Assembly: GCA_005798825.1 (NCBI GenBank)
Contig: SYIL01000004.1
Location: 37,769-101,768 of the forward strand
Direction: 5' to 3'
DNA: 64,000 nucleotides
Source of the DNA: Bacteroidota bacterium
GTDB lineage: Bacteria; Bacteroidota; Bacteroidia; NS11-12g; UBA955
Below the pieces are notes generated by a model. It ran no database searches and was not told the origin of the DNA. It saw only the letters and a list, made by a program, of their open reading frames with translations. A program made the position numbers and the translations under genes. Shown here piece by piece: positions 39,326-48,132 of this stretch; the stretch's first letter is position 1; each line of letters opens with the position of its first letter.

Positions 39326-40339
39326 ATGAAGAAGATTGGAATATCAATCATTCTGTTGCTTGTTTTTTCTTGCCATTCACCCCAAGATTCGGGGAGATTT
39401 ATAAGTGAAACAGATACCACATATTCTGCAGATGTTCGCAGTATTTCTGCCAAAATAAATTCACAACCCCAAGACCCTGAATTGTTTTATCGAAGGGGAA
39501 ACACATTTTATTTTGAAGGCAAGTTTCAGGATGCAGAGATTGATTTTTACCATGCCATCGAACTTAATCCCAAGCAAGCGCTGTATCACCTAAAAATCGC
39601 AGAATGCTTTATTTCGATGGATTCTGCAGATTCCAAAAAAACCCTCTACCATTTGCTAAAAGCCCTGGAAATAAAACCTGATTTCACAGAAGCTAAATCA
39701 CTGCTGGCCAAATTTTACCTGGCCCGTCAACAATATAAGGAGTCAATGATTCTTTACGAGGAACTCTGTGGTATTTTAGAGTACCAAGACAACGCTTTTG
39801 TAATGATGTCTTTGGCGTATAAAGAACAAAAAGATTCGATGGCAGCTGAAGCCATTATTGATAAGGCACTGGCAATAAATCCAGAAAATTTTGATGCGGT
39901 TATGCAAAAGACGCTTTTTCTAATTGCCAAAAACAAATTGTCTTTGGCAATGCAGTGGGCTCAGAAAGCCGTGCGCATGAATGAGTATAGTGACGAGGCA
40001 AATTACACATTGGGGCTTGTTTTTCAAAAACAAAATCGATTTGCTGATGCATTGTCAAATTATTTGCGTGTACTCAAAATAAATCCGAATTTTATTCTGG
40101 CGTATTACAATTCGGCCGTTATTGAATCATCTTTTGAAAATTTTTTAGTGGGTATTGAATGGTGTGATAAAATGCTTGTTCTGGATCCAAATTATGCCAA
40201 CGCAATGGCGGTAAAAGGATATTGTTATGAAAAGTTGGGCAATAAGAAAGAGGCGCTCGTCTTTTACAAGCAGGCCATTGCAATTGATTCGAATTTGATT
40301 CTAGCGCGAGAAGGATTGAATGCCATCAAAGAACATTAG
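39326..40339 (+). CDS. TPR-repeat lipoprotein
   Basis: True start ATG 39326 (MKKIGISIILLLVFSC lipobox) and many TPR repeats. The track start at 39227 runs through the tRNA. Confidence 0.85.
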   Translation: MKKIGISIILLLVFSCHSPQDSGRFISETDTTYSADVRSISAKINSQPQDPELFYRRGNTFYFEGKFQDAEIDFYHAIELNPKQALYHLKIAECFISMDSADSKKTLYHLLKALEIKPDFTEAKSLLAKFYLARQQYKESMILYEELCGILEYQDNAFVMMSLAYKEQKDSMAAEAIIDKALAINPENFDAVMQKTLFLIAKNKLSLAMQWAQKAVRMNEYSDEANYTLGLVFQKQNRFADALSNYLRVLKINPNFILAYYNSAVIESSFENFLVGIEWCDKMLVLDPNYANAMAVKGYCYEKLGNKKEALVFYKQAIAIDSNLILAREGLNAIKEH

Positions 40340-40794
40340 TGTTTTTTAAAGACAATTTTCGAGTACATATAATCTGTAGTCCCTCCAAAATTATAGTAAT
40401 ATTTTCGACGAAGAATAATTTGTTCACCTGTCATGGATGATATGTCCCAGAGGAAGCCGAACATAGTCACCTTTGAATCATTTGCGTCATTCATAGACCA
40501 AGATTGCTTCTGAGTTGGCAAATCGGAGGGATTACATTTGGTATTAGTGTTTATTTCCAATTGATTGGTTGATATGAAAGTGTATACATCATCTTTCATA
40601 CAAGGCTCAATATTGTCATATTTATCTTGAAAAGAACTGTCTATCCATGAGCTTAATTCCCAACCGTGCAACATAAAGACTTCTTGTTTTGTTTTTCCAC
40701 TGATATCAATGGCACCCTTATTGGAAGATAAAGAATCACAAGAACTGGCTAATAATAGTGTCAAAGTAGAGAGCAGGATCAGATTTTTTTTCAT
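40336..40794 (-). CDS. Lipocalin-like lipoprotein
   Basis: Lipobox LASSC, GWEL, C.KDD..TF and C.P pattern typical of Bacteroidota lipocalin-like proteins. -7 box TATATTTG at 40806-40813. Confidence 0.65.
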   Translation of the reverse strand: MKKNLILLSTLTLLLASSCDSLSSNKGAIDISGKTKQEVFMLHGWELSSWIDSSFQDKYDNIEPCMKDDVYTFISTNQLEINTNTKCNPSDLPTQKQSWSMNDANDSKVTMFGFLWDISSMTGEQIILRRKYYYNFGGTTDYMYSKIVFKKH

Positions 40795-40924
40795 AAATTA
40801 TAGAACAAATATAAAGTTTTTTATGGATTGCCAATTAATCTGGTAAATCTTGGATTACTTCAGTCGCTATTGTTGGTATAAAAAGGGCAAAATTCATAAA
40901 CGCTCAGATACAAACTCCATACTT

Positions 40925-40932
40925 TACCTTTG
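40925..40932 (+). promoter_or_regulatory. -7 box (TACCTTTG) for the S8 protease
   Basis: Exact TAnnTTTG, 4 nt before ATG 40937. Confidence 0.65.
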
Positions 40933-40936
40933 TATT

Positions 40937-43210
40937 ATGTTCCATAGACCGATTAAGGGTTGCGTTATTTTCAGTATTTTTTTTACCCTTGTATGGTCAT
41001 TGCAAGCACAATCCCCGTCAAATACAAAAAAGTTCAATATTTTTGGGCCTAGCGCCCAACTTTTTCTGGATTCTGTGTTGCGCCAAAAATTTATTCCCCA
41101 GTTTGATGGCTTTTACCATGCACAAGCAATTGTTACAAAGTATTTTTCGGGCAATAATGATTGTGTTATTTTGTCTGAATTACAAGATCCTGATGGGTTT
41201 GACAATAAAATTGTGCATTTGCAGTTTACGCTGAAAGGCTGGAATTTAATTCAGATGAGCCCAGAAATACTATATGTAGACGTGTCTTCAAAACTCAATA
41301 GCCCGAGATCACTGAATGACACAGCGAGAATTCATTCTAGGGTTTATTTGGCTGAGGAGGGTTTAAGAAATGGTCTAAACCAGAATTATAATGGGAAAAA
41401 TGTGCTGATTGGAGTTGTCGATATAGGATTTCAAACGGATCATCCAACATTTTATAGTTCAGACGGAAATCAATATCGGGTTAAACGTTTTTGGAATCAG
41501 CAAAAAATAGGCATTCCTCCAAGCCAATTCAATTATGGCATTGAATATAAGGACTCTAACACCATTTCAAGCGCAGTAGACGATGATGGAACCCATGGTA
41601 CTCATGTCGCAGGAATTGCTGGTGGTTCTGGTCTGGGATCACCAAACTTAAAATACCGGGGGATGGCTCCAATGTCTGATTTGGCCTTTGTAGGTATAAA
41701 ATATACAAATGACACCCTTACAGGAAGTGGATTGGGCGATTATATCGTGGCAAATCCTACCATTATAGACGGCTATAACTACGTTTTTAAGTATGCAGAA
41801 CGAATAGGGCAGGCAGCAGTTTGCAATCTCAGCTGGGGCATGCATACAGGCCCACACGATGGAACTTCTTTGTTCGATCGCTCAGTCAAGGCGCTTGTCG
41901 GATCGGGAAGGATTATCGTAGGAGCTGCAGGCAATGATGGCGGCAATCAAATGCATTGTAACCAAAAACTTGATGGCGACACAGTTTATACGGTGGCAAT
42001 TGATAAGAATCGGCGTGATTTTCGGCGGGAAAATATCCTTGTAGACATTTGGGGTGGTGTTAATGATCGCCTTTCTATTCAAGTTGCCTTGGTAGATACT
42101 TTCGGAAACAAATTGCTGGAAAGTCAATGGAATCGAGCGGGAGATTGTATTAATTGTGGCGCATATAAAAGTTTACTAACCAATGGTTTAGATACGATTT
42201 GGATTGTTTGGACAGAGCAGAATTATGTATTTAACAAAAAGTCAAATATGCTATTGATTGTGGAACACAATCGACCGAATACCGGATATATCCGACTGGG
42301 TATTACCTCTTCAGGGGAATACAATGCTTGGAATTCGGGACAGGCCTATCGTTGGACTTCTGGAAGTTTTTTAAAAGGGCACAAGGGCCAATCATTTGGC
42401 AAAAATTTTGTAGAGGGTAGCCCAGAAGGTTCGGTTGGCGAAAATGGGGGATCGGGTACCCATACATTGACCGCCGGGGCCTATATCAACCGCAATGAGT
42501 GGACCAATTATAAGGGAGAATATTTTTATCAATCATGGAACGAAGTGGGAAGTATTGCCGGATTTAGCAGTCGAGGTCCGATGCCCAAAAGCCAAGAATT
42601 TCCCACTGGCAGAATCAAGCCCGATATCATCGCGCCTGGCCAAATGATCGCATCTTCATTGCATCGCAGATTGGTCCCTGGATGGCTTAACAACGAATTG
42701 GTTTACAAAACACAATACAAGGGAAGTGATGTGTATTGGGCAATGTTTTCCGGCACATCAATGGCTTCTCCTCATGTAGCAGGAATAGTTGCACTTTATC
42801 TTCAAGCGAATGAATGGCTTACACCCGCAGAGATTAGGCAATTGTGGCGACTTACCGCACGCAAAGACAAGTATACCACTAATGATTCCAATGGAAACAG
42901 TGGCTTTGGGAAGATTGATGCATATGAGACCCTAAAAATATTGGACCAATATACAGGTCTCAAACAAAAAGATAAAAAAGAGGGCTGGGGGTACTTCTTA
43001 AAAAATGATCGGGAGCTGCTAGTAGGAAACAACAAATTGTGTGAGCATATTCAGGTCGAAATCTTTTCAATGAACGGTGTAAGAGTGATGTCCAAAAAAG
43101 GTAAAAATGAATTGTCGTTCGATATTTCTGGGCTGTCTGGTGGAATGTATTTTTTAAAAGCGCAAAACCTTGAAAGCTACGAGTCATTTTCAGCTACTTT
43201 TGTTCGCTAA
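40937..43210 (+). CDS. Subtilisin-like S8 serine peptidase with T9SS type A C-terminal domain
   Basis: Catalytic triad IGVVDIG / HGTHVAG / SGTSMASP, oxyanion AAGNDG and CTD (IFSMNG...LSGGMYFLK). Start moved to ATG 40937. Confidence 0.9.
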   Translation: MFHRPIKGCVIFSIFFTLVWSLQAQSPSNTKKFNIFGPSAQLFLDSVLRQKFIPQFDGFYHAQAIVTKYFSGNNDCVILSELQDPDGFDNKIVHLQFTLKGWNLIQMSPEILYVDVSSKLNSPRSLNDTARIHSRVYLAEEGLRNGLNQNYNGKNVLIGVVDIGFQTDHPTFYSSDGNQYRVKRFWNQQKIGIPPSQFNYGIEYKDSNTISSAVDDDGTHGTHVAGIAGGSGLGSPNLKYRGMAPMSDLAFVGIKYTNDTLTGSGLGDYIVANPTIIDGYNYVFKYAERIGQAAVCNLSWGMHTGPHDGTSLFDRSVKALVGSGRIIVGAAGNDGGNQMHCNQKLDGDTVYTVAIDKNRRDFRRENILVDIWGGVNDRLSIQVALVDTFGNKLLESQWNRAGDCINCGAYKSLLTNGLDTIWIVWTEQNYVFNKKSNMLLIVEHNRPNTGYIRLGITSSGEYNAWNSGQAYRWTSGSFLKGHKGQSFGKNFVEGSPEGSVGENGGSGTHTLTAGAYINRNEWTNYKGEYFYQSWNEVGSIAGFSSRGPMPKSQEFPTGRIKPDIIAPGQMIASSLHRRLVPGWLNNELVYKTQYKGSDVYWAMFSGTSMASPHVAGIVALYLQANEWLTPAEIRQLWRLTARKDKYTTNDSNGNSGFGKIDAYETLKILDQYTGLKQKDKKEGWGYFLKNDRELLVGNNKLCEHIQVEIFSMNGVRVMSKKGKNELSFDISGLSGGMYFLKAQNLESYESFSATFVR

Positions 43211-44137
43211 GTATTGTTTGTATGTGTTGATATAGCGGTCTTTCTTTTGCTGGTATATGTCATCAATTGTAATCATGATCCCGGTTTCCTCCACATCGCC
43301 AAAATGATTATTTTTTGCGGTTCCAAAAATTTTCAAGGTAGAACTTAAACCCATATAGCTATTAAACATCGGGGGAATATTTTCACCCAATTCTCGAACC
43401 CGAAGATTTAACAATTTGTGTCCATCGGTGAAGTCAACACCTTGCAAAGAATCCAAGAAGTCGACACATTTAAATTCAATTTTAATGGGATTTTTTGTAG
43501 TTGCCAAATTTGTTGAATCGCTAAAATAATAATGTAAAAAATGCAAAATCGTATCCCTGGCTTCTTTATTGTAAGAGGTAAACATTGTTACCTTCCCAAA
43601 AAAATATTTGATTTTGGGATTCGAAATAACGATTGAACCCAATCCATCCCACAAATTATCCAAAGAAAATAAACCTTTTCTATTGCTGGAATTGGGTTGG
43701 AAACTAGGCTGAACAAAAGAACGACCCAACTCAATCGTATAGGGGAAATACTGTTTTTTTAGTTCTTCAGAATAGGTAAGAATCTCAGAGGATGACAATG
43801 CAAAATTTCCCCTTGTATCTTCAGTATCTGCGCAACAAACATACCTATACCCACCCACCAGTTTCAATTCTTCAGGATCCCAGACAATTAGTTGGCTATA
43901 TCCAAATTCGCCATTGTCATAACTGTCGATATCAACCTTTTTCCCAGTTCCCCCGCCTGCAGCCCTGAATGTTAGCTCACGCAATCGGCCTAACTCAAGC
44001 ATTAAGTTGGGCTTGTCTTTTCCTTTGAAAATATAAATATGGTTTGATCCGTTTTTTGTTGGACGAACAAATATGTCTTCGGTCAACTCCGACAACAATG
44101 CTTTGAGTGGAACAGGCTCAATTATCTTTTCTACCAT
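43190..44137 (-). CDS. GNAT-family N-acyltransferase (OlsB/GlsB-like, amino-lipid synthesis)
   Basis: ELGRLRELTFRAAGGGTGK..DID, VGGYR, IELGRSFVQP, LDNLWDGLG and IPPMFNSY. Start moved to ATG 44137, downstream of the -7 box at 44158-44165. Confidence 0.82.
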   Translation of the reverse strand: MVEKIIEPVPLKALLSELTEDIFVRPTKNGSNHIYIFKGKDKPNLMLELGRLRELTFRAAGGGTGKKVDIDSYDNGEFGYSQLIVWDPEELKLVGGYRYVCCADTEDTRGNFALSSSEILTYSEELKKQYFPYTIELGRSFVQPSFQPNSSNRKGLFSLDNLWDGLGSIVISNPKIKYFFGKVTMFTSYNKEARDTILHFLHYYFSDSTNLATTKNPIKIEFKCVDFLDSLQGVDFTDGHKLLNLRVRELGENIPPMFNSYMGLSSTLKIFGTAKNNHFGDVEETGIMITIDDIYQQKKDRYINTYKQYLANKSS

Positions 44138-44191
44138 ACAAATTAAATAATACAATACAAAAATACGCAAACAATGATATTCTGCTATTCT

Positions 44192-45049
44192 TTAGGGTTT
44201 ACCATAAGAGGCTTCGGGATTGTCTTTGAGCGTATAAACAAATTCTTTGATTTTTTGGGCGTCGTTCCATGCATTGCGCTTAGAAAAATGTTCGAAAGAA
44301 ATGGGTTTTCCTATGGTGATATGTATTTCTTTTCCTTTTTGTTTAAAAAATTCATCAATTAGAGTCAACATTTCTATGTTAAACTTAAGACCTAGGAATT
44401 TACGTAAATTGGCCAATCGATAAAAGCGATTTGAATTTTTTCCTTCGACATGCACTGGAATAATGGGTAATTTGTACTGTATGGCCTTGTTAATAAAACT
44501 TTTCTGCCAATCTAGGTCTTTAATTACACCACGGTTTTTTCTCGAGCAAAGTCCTGAGGGAAAAATCAATAGTAAATTATTTCCCGAAAATGTTTTTTCT
44601 ATTTCTAAAATGGCTTCTTTGGGGGTATTTCCTACTTTATTTATAGGAATAAAATATCCCTTAAAATTGGGCAATTGGCTTACAATATCATTCACCAGTA
44701 ATTTTACACTGGGATGAATTTTGCATGATTCTGCAAACAATGAAATAGCATCAATGCCCCCGAGTGGGTGATTGGCAACTAAAATTACGGGTCCTTTAGG
44801 GGGTATACGGTGCTTATTTTTGATAAAAACCTTTAATCCCAAAGCGTTTACTATACTCGCACAAAATTCTGGACATTGTTTTGAGCCATGAATACTCAAA
44901 AGGGCATTGAGTTCGTCTTGGTGTATCAAGTGTTTAAGCCAATTTAACAGTATCCTTGGCATCCATTTTAATGCGCTCGGAAATTTTATGGCCAGAACAG
45001 ACTTTAAATCTACCCTAAAATCCCCCAATATTGGAACTACTTCATTCAT
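44192..45049 (-). CDS. PlsC-like O-acyltransferase (OlsA/GlsA-like)
   Basis: VANHPLGGID (HxxxxD), IFPSGLCSR, DLDWQKSF and NSNRFY. Confidence 0.82.
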   Translation of the reverse strand: MNEVVPILGDFRVDLKSVLAIKFPSALKWMPRILLNWLKHLIHQDELNALLSIHGSKQCPEFCASIVNALGLKVFIKNKHRIPPKGPVILVANHPLGGIDAISLFAESCKIHPSVKLLVNDIVSQLPNFKGYFIPINKVGNTPKEAILEIEKTFSGNNLLLIFPSGLCSRKNRGVIKDLDWQKSFINKAIQYKLPIIPVHVEGKNSNRFYRLANLRKFLGLKFNIEMLTLIDEFFKQKGKEIHITIGKPISFEHFSKRNAWNDAQKIKEFVYTLKDNPEASYGKP

Positions 45050-46449
45050 TGATTGAGGATAGAAGATTTAGTGGCCTCCAGTATAGCAAATGCAGAAGCA
45101 CTGTCTGTTGATTCGGCATATATTCTCAATACGGGTTCTGTTCCACTGGGCCGAATCATAACCCATGAACCATTGTCTAAGCGAAATTTATAACCATCAA
45201 TTTCTTCTACAGCAACAATTTTGTAATTTTTAAATGAAGTATAACTATTATTCTTACAATTATTTACAATATTTTGTTTTAACTCATTATTCAAATATAT
45301 ATCATATCGTTCTACTGCAAAAGTTCCGACTTTTTTGTATATTTCTTGAATCAGTGTGGAGACAGTTTTTTTAGATTTTGCCATATATTCCATTAAAACC
45401 AAGCCCATCCAAACCCCGTCGCGCTCGGGAATATGTCCCTTGATTGCAATACCTCCACTTTCCTCGGCTCCAATCAATACATCGTCATTAACCATGTGTT
45501 CACAAATATATTTAAAACCTATCTTGGTTGTAATAACTTCTAATCCTTTTAAGTCGCACAACCGCTGAACCGCATCACTTACTGAGAAACTCTTAACCAC
45601 CTTGCCATTAAATCCTTTCCAGGTGCTTAAATATTCTATCAGCAATAAAATAAGGTGGTGAGAATCGATAAAATTCCCTTTTTCATCAAACCAACCGATA
45701 CGATCTGCATCTCCATCGGTAGCCAATCCGCAAACAAACGACTCATCTTTTGCAATGATGGGTCCAATCTCTGGCAAATTCTTCACGATGGGTTCTGGTG
45801 CACGGCCCTCAAAACCTGGGTTGTAATTGCCATGGAGAATTTTTGATTTGGGCAACAAGCGCTTTACGATAGATTGCCCTGCGCCAAACATCGCATCGTA
45901 AACCAAACCTTTGGAAATCTCTTCTATGGCAGGCATATCGAAATTATTCAGACAATGTTCAAAATATAAAGTTTCAAAGTCGCCATATTCAACCATGCCA
46001 TTTTCAAGGAAGGTATCAAAAGAATCTCCGGCTTCGATAAGTGATTCGGGAATCATAGATTCGAGAATAGCCACTTCGTCTGGTATGGCGGGTCCTCCGT
46101 AATGGGCTTTAATTTTATACCCATTATAGGATGGAGGGTTGTGACTTGCGGTAATTATAACACCTGCACCGGTTTGTAATTTGTTCGCGGCCAATGAAAT
46201 CATAGGAGTAGACACAAACCCATTGGAAAGAATAACACGAACGCCAGAATAAGCCAACTGTCTTGCAGTTTCTTTGGCAAACATTTCCCCCCCAAAACGA
46301 CAATCGTAACCCACTACGCATGATTTGGACAATCCACTTTGGTTTATCCATTTGGCAGTAGCACTTGCAACTCTCCGCACATTTTCAACCGTAAATCCAT
46401 CGGCAATTATTTCACGCCAACCATCTGTTCCAAATCTAATTTGATACAT
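45046..46449 (-). CDS. Phosphoglucomutase/phosphomannomutase
   Basis: FGTDGWR, TASHNP (phospho-Ser), DGDADR, GAEESGG and RPSGTEP. Confidence 0.94.
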   Translation of the reverse strand: MYQIRFGTDGWREIIADGFTVENVRRVASATAKWINQSGLSKSCVVGYDCRFGGEMFAKETARQLAYSGVRVILSNGFVSTPMISLAANKLQTGAGVIITASHNPPSYNGYKIKAHYGGPAIPDEVAILESMIPESLIEAGDSFDTFLENGMVEYGDFETLYFEHCLNNFDMPAIEEISKGLVYDAMFGAGQSIVKRLLPKSKILHGNYNPGFEGRAPEPIVKNLPEIGPIIAKDESFVCGLATDGDADRIGWFDEKGNFIDSHHLILLLIEYLSTWKGFNGKVVKSFSVSDAVQRLCDLKGLEVITTKIGFKYICEHMVNDDVLIGAEESGGIAIKGHIPERDGVWMGLVLMEYMAKSKKTVSTLIQEIYKKVGTFAVERYDIYLNNELKQNIVNNCKNNSYTSFKNYKIVAVEEIDGYKFRLDNGSWVMIRPSGTEPVLRIYAESTDSASAFAILEATKSSILNQ

Positions 46450-46458
46450 TGTTAAATT

Positions 46459-47676
46459 TTAATTAAACGCATTTTCTCCTGTAATTTCCATTCCCAAGAT
46501 TAATAAATGAATATCGTGCGTTCCTTCATAGGTGAGAACCGATTCAAGATTCATTATGTGACGCATAACGGGGAATTCCCCTGTAATCCCCATTCCGCCA
46601 AGAATTTGCCTGGATTCTCGGGCAACACTAAGTGCAATTTCAACATTATTTCTTTTTGCCAATGAGATTTGTGCAGCACTTGCAATTCCTTTGTCCATCA
46701 ATTGGCCCAAACGCCAGACCAACAATTGCGCTTTGGTTATTTCGGTTAGCATTTCAGCCAATTTCTTCTGTTGTAATTGAAATCCTGCAATGGGTTTTCC
46801 GAATTGAGTTCTTTGTTTAGAGTAAGTAAGCGCTGTGTGGTAGCAATCCATGGCAGCACCCAAAGCGCCCCAACTAATGCCATAACGGGCAGAATTCAAA
46901 CAGGTAAGTGGGCCCTTCAGCCCGGAAACACCTGGCAATATATTATTTTTTGGAATCCGCACATTGTCAAACACCAATTCACCTGTTGCGCTGGCTCGTA
47001 AACTCCATTTATTATGGGTTGTCGGCGTGCTGAATCCCTCCATACCTCGTTCGACAATTAAACCATGAATCTTACCCGTTTCGTTTTTAGCCCAAACAAT
47101 CGCCAAATCTGCAAATGGGGCATTGCTAATCCACATTTTTGCTCCGTTGAGCACGAAGTGGTCTGCTTTTTCAACAAAATGTGTGGTCATACCCCCGGGA
47201 TTAGATCCGTGATCGGGTTCTGTTAGTCCGAAACATCCCAATAGATCACCACTGGCCAAACGGGGCAAAAACCGCTGTTTTTGCTCCTCACTTCCAAACT
47301 TGTATATTGGGTACATCACCAATGAACCCTGGACAGAAGCAGTAGACCGAACGCCACTGTCACAGCGTTCTAATTCTTGCATAATGATTCCATAGGAGGT
47401 ATAATCCATTCCACCACAGCCATATTCAGTGGGTAATTGTGGACCAAAAGCCCCAATTTCACCCAGTTGTTTTACAATATGAATGGGAAATTCTGCCTCT
47501 TGCGCAAAATGTTCAATAATAGGACTAAGTTCTTTTTTTACGTAATCTCTTACCGACTGACGAACAAGTTTATGTTCATCGGTCAATAAATCGTCTATAC
47601 CATAAAAATCAGGTGCCACGTAAGAATCTTTGCCCTGGTGGGCGTCTAAAATATCTGAAATGCGTATTTTGCTCAT
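46459..47676 (-). CDS. gcdH: Glutaryl-CoA dehydrogenase-like acyl-CoA dehydrogenase
   Basis: ELERCDSGVRS, CFGLTEPDHGSNP, ARYGISWG and LTYEGTHDIH. -7 box TACATTTG at 47690-47697. Confidence 0.88.
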   Translation of the reverse strand: MSKIRISDILDAHQGKDSYVAPDFYGIDDLLTDEHKLVRQSVRDYVKKELSPIIEHFAQEAEFPIHIVKQLGEIGAFGPQLPTEYGCGGMDYTSYGIIMQELERCDSGVRSTASVQGSLVMYPIYKFGSEEQKQRFLPRLASGDLLGCFGLTEPDHGSNPGGMTTHFVEKADHFVLNGAKMWISNAPFADLAIVWAKNETGKIHGLIVERGMEGFSTPTTHNKWSLRASATGELVFDNVRIPKNNILPGVSGLKGPLTCLNSARYGISWGALGAAMDCYHTALTYSKQRTQFGKPIAGFQLQQKKLAEMLTEITKAQLLVWRLGQLMDKGIASAAQISLAKRNNVEIALSVARESRQILGGMGITGEFPVMRHIMNLESVLTYEGTHDIHLLILGMEITGENAFN

Positions 47677-47739
47677 ACAATTATATTTACAAATGTACTA
47701 AAATTGCGTTCTTTGCATGCAATATATTGATTCAGTAGA

Positions 47740-48102
47740 ATGGTAATAAGTGTTTTTATTGATCGGCAAGAAATCATAGCTCCCATTGGTTGGTATGCAG
47801 CAGAAAGGACCAATAAAGTGAGGCTTTTGGTAAGTGTGAGGGTTACATTCTTGGGAATGATTGAAGATGATGATTTGGCAAATACACTCGATTATACCCG
47901 ACTGTCAACCCTTTTGATAGAATGTGCTCAGAAGCCCCAAAAACTTTTAGAAACATACGGTAAAAATATCATCCAACATATTAAAGCCGATTACCCAAAA
48001 AATTTGCAACAAATTTGGGTGCGGATTGCAAAAAAGAGCATTGATCAGATTCAATCCAACGCCGAAGGATATGGCATTGAGTTGAAAGAAGAGTATGCTT
48101 AA
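47740..48102 (+). CDS. folB: Dihydroneopterin aldolase (divergent)
   Basis: IG...ER, DDLANTLDY, LLE and VRIAK motifs in a 120-aa T-fold-sized protein. Confidence 0.72.
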   Translation: MVISVFIDRQEIIAPIGWYAAERTNKVRLLVSVRVTFLGMIEDDDLANTLDYTRLSTLLIECAQKPQKLLETYGKNIIQHIKADYPKNLQQIWVRIAKKSIDQIQSNAEGYGIELKEEYA

Positions 48103-48119
48103 TATTTCACGAAATCTAC

Positions 48120-48127
48120 TATATTTG
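48120..48127 (+). promoter_or_regulatory. -7 box (TATATTTG) for the TBDR operon
   Basis: Exact TAnnTTTG, 5 nt before ATG 48133. Confidence 0.6.
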
Positions 48128-48132
48128 TGAAG

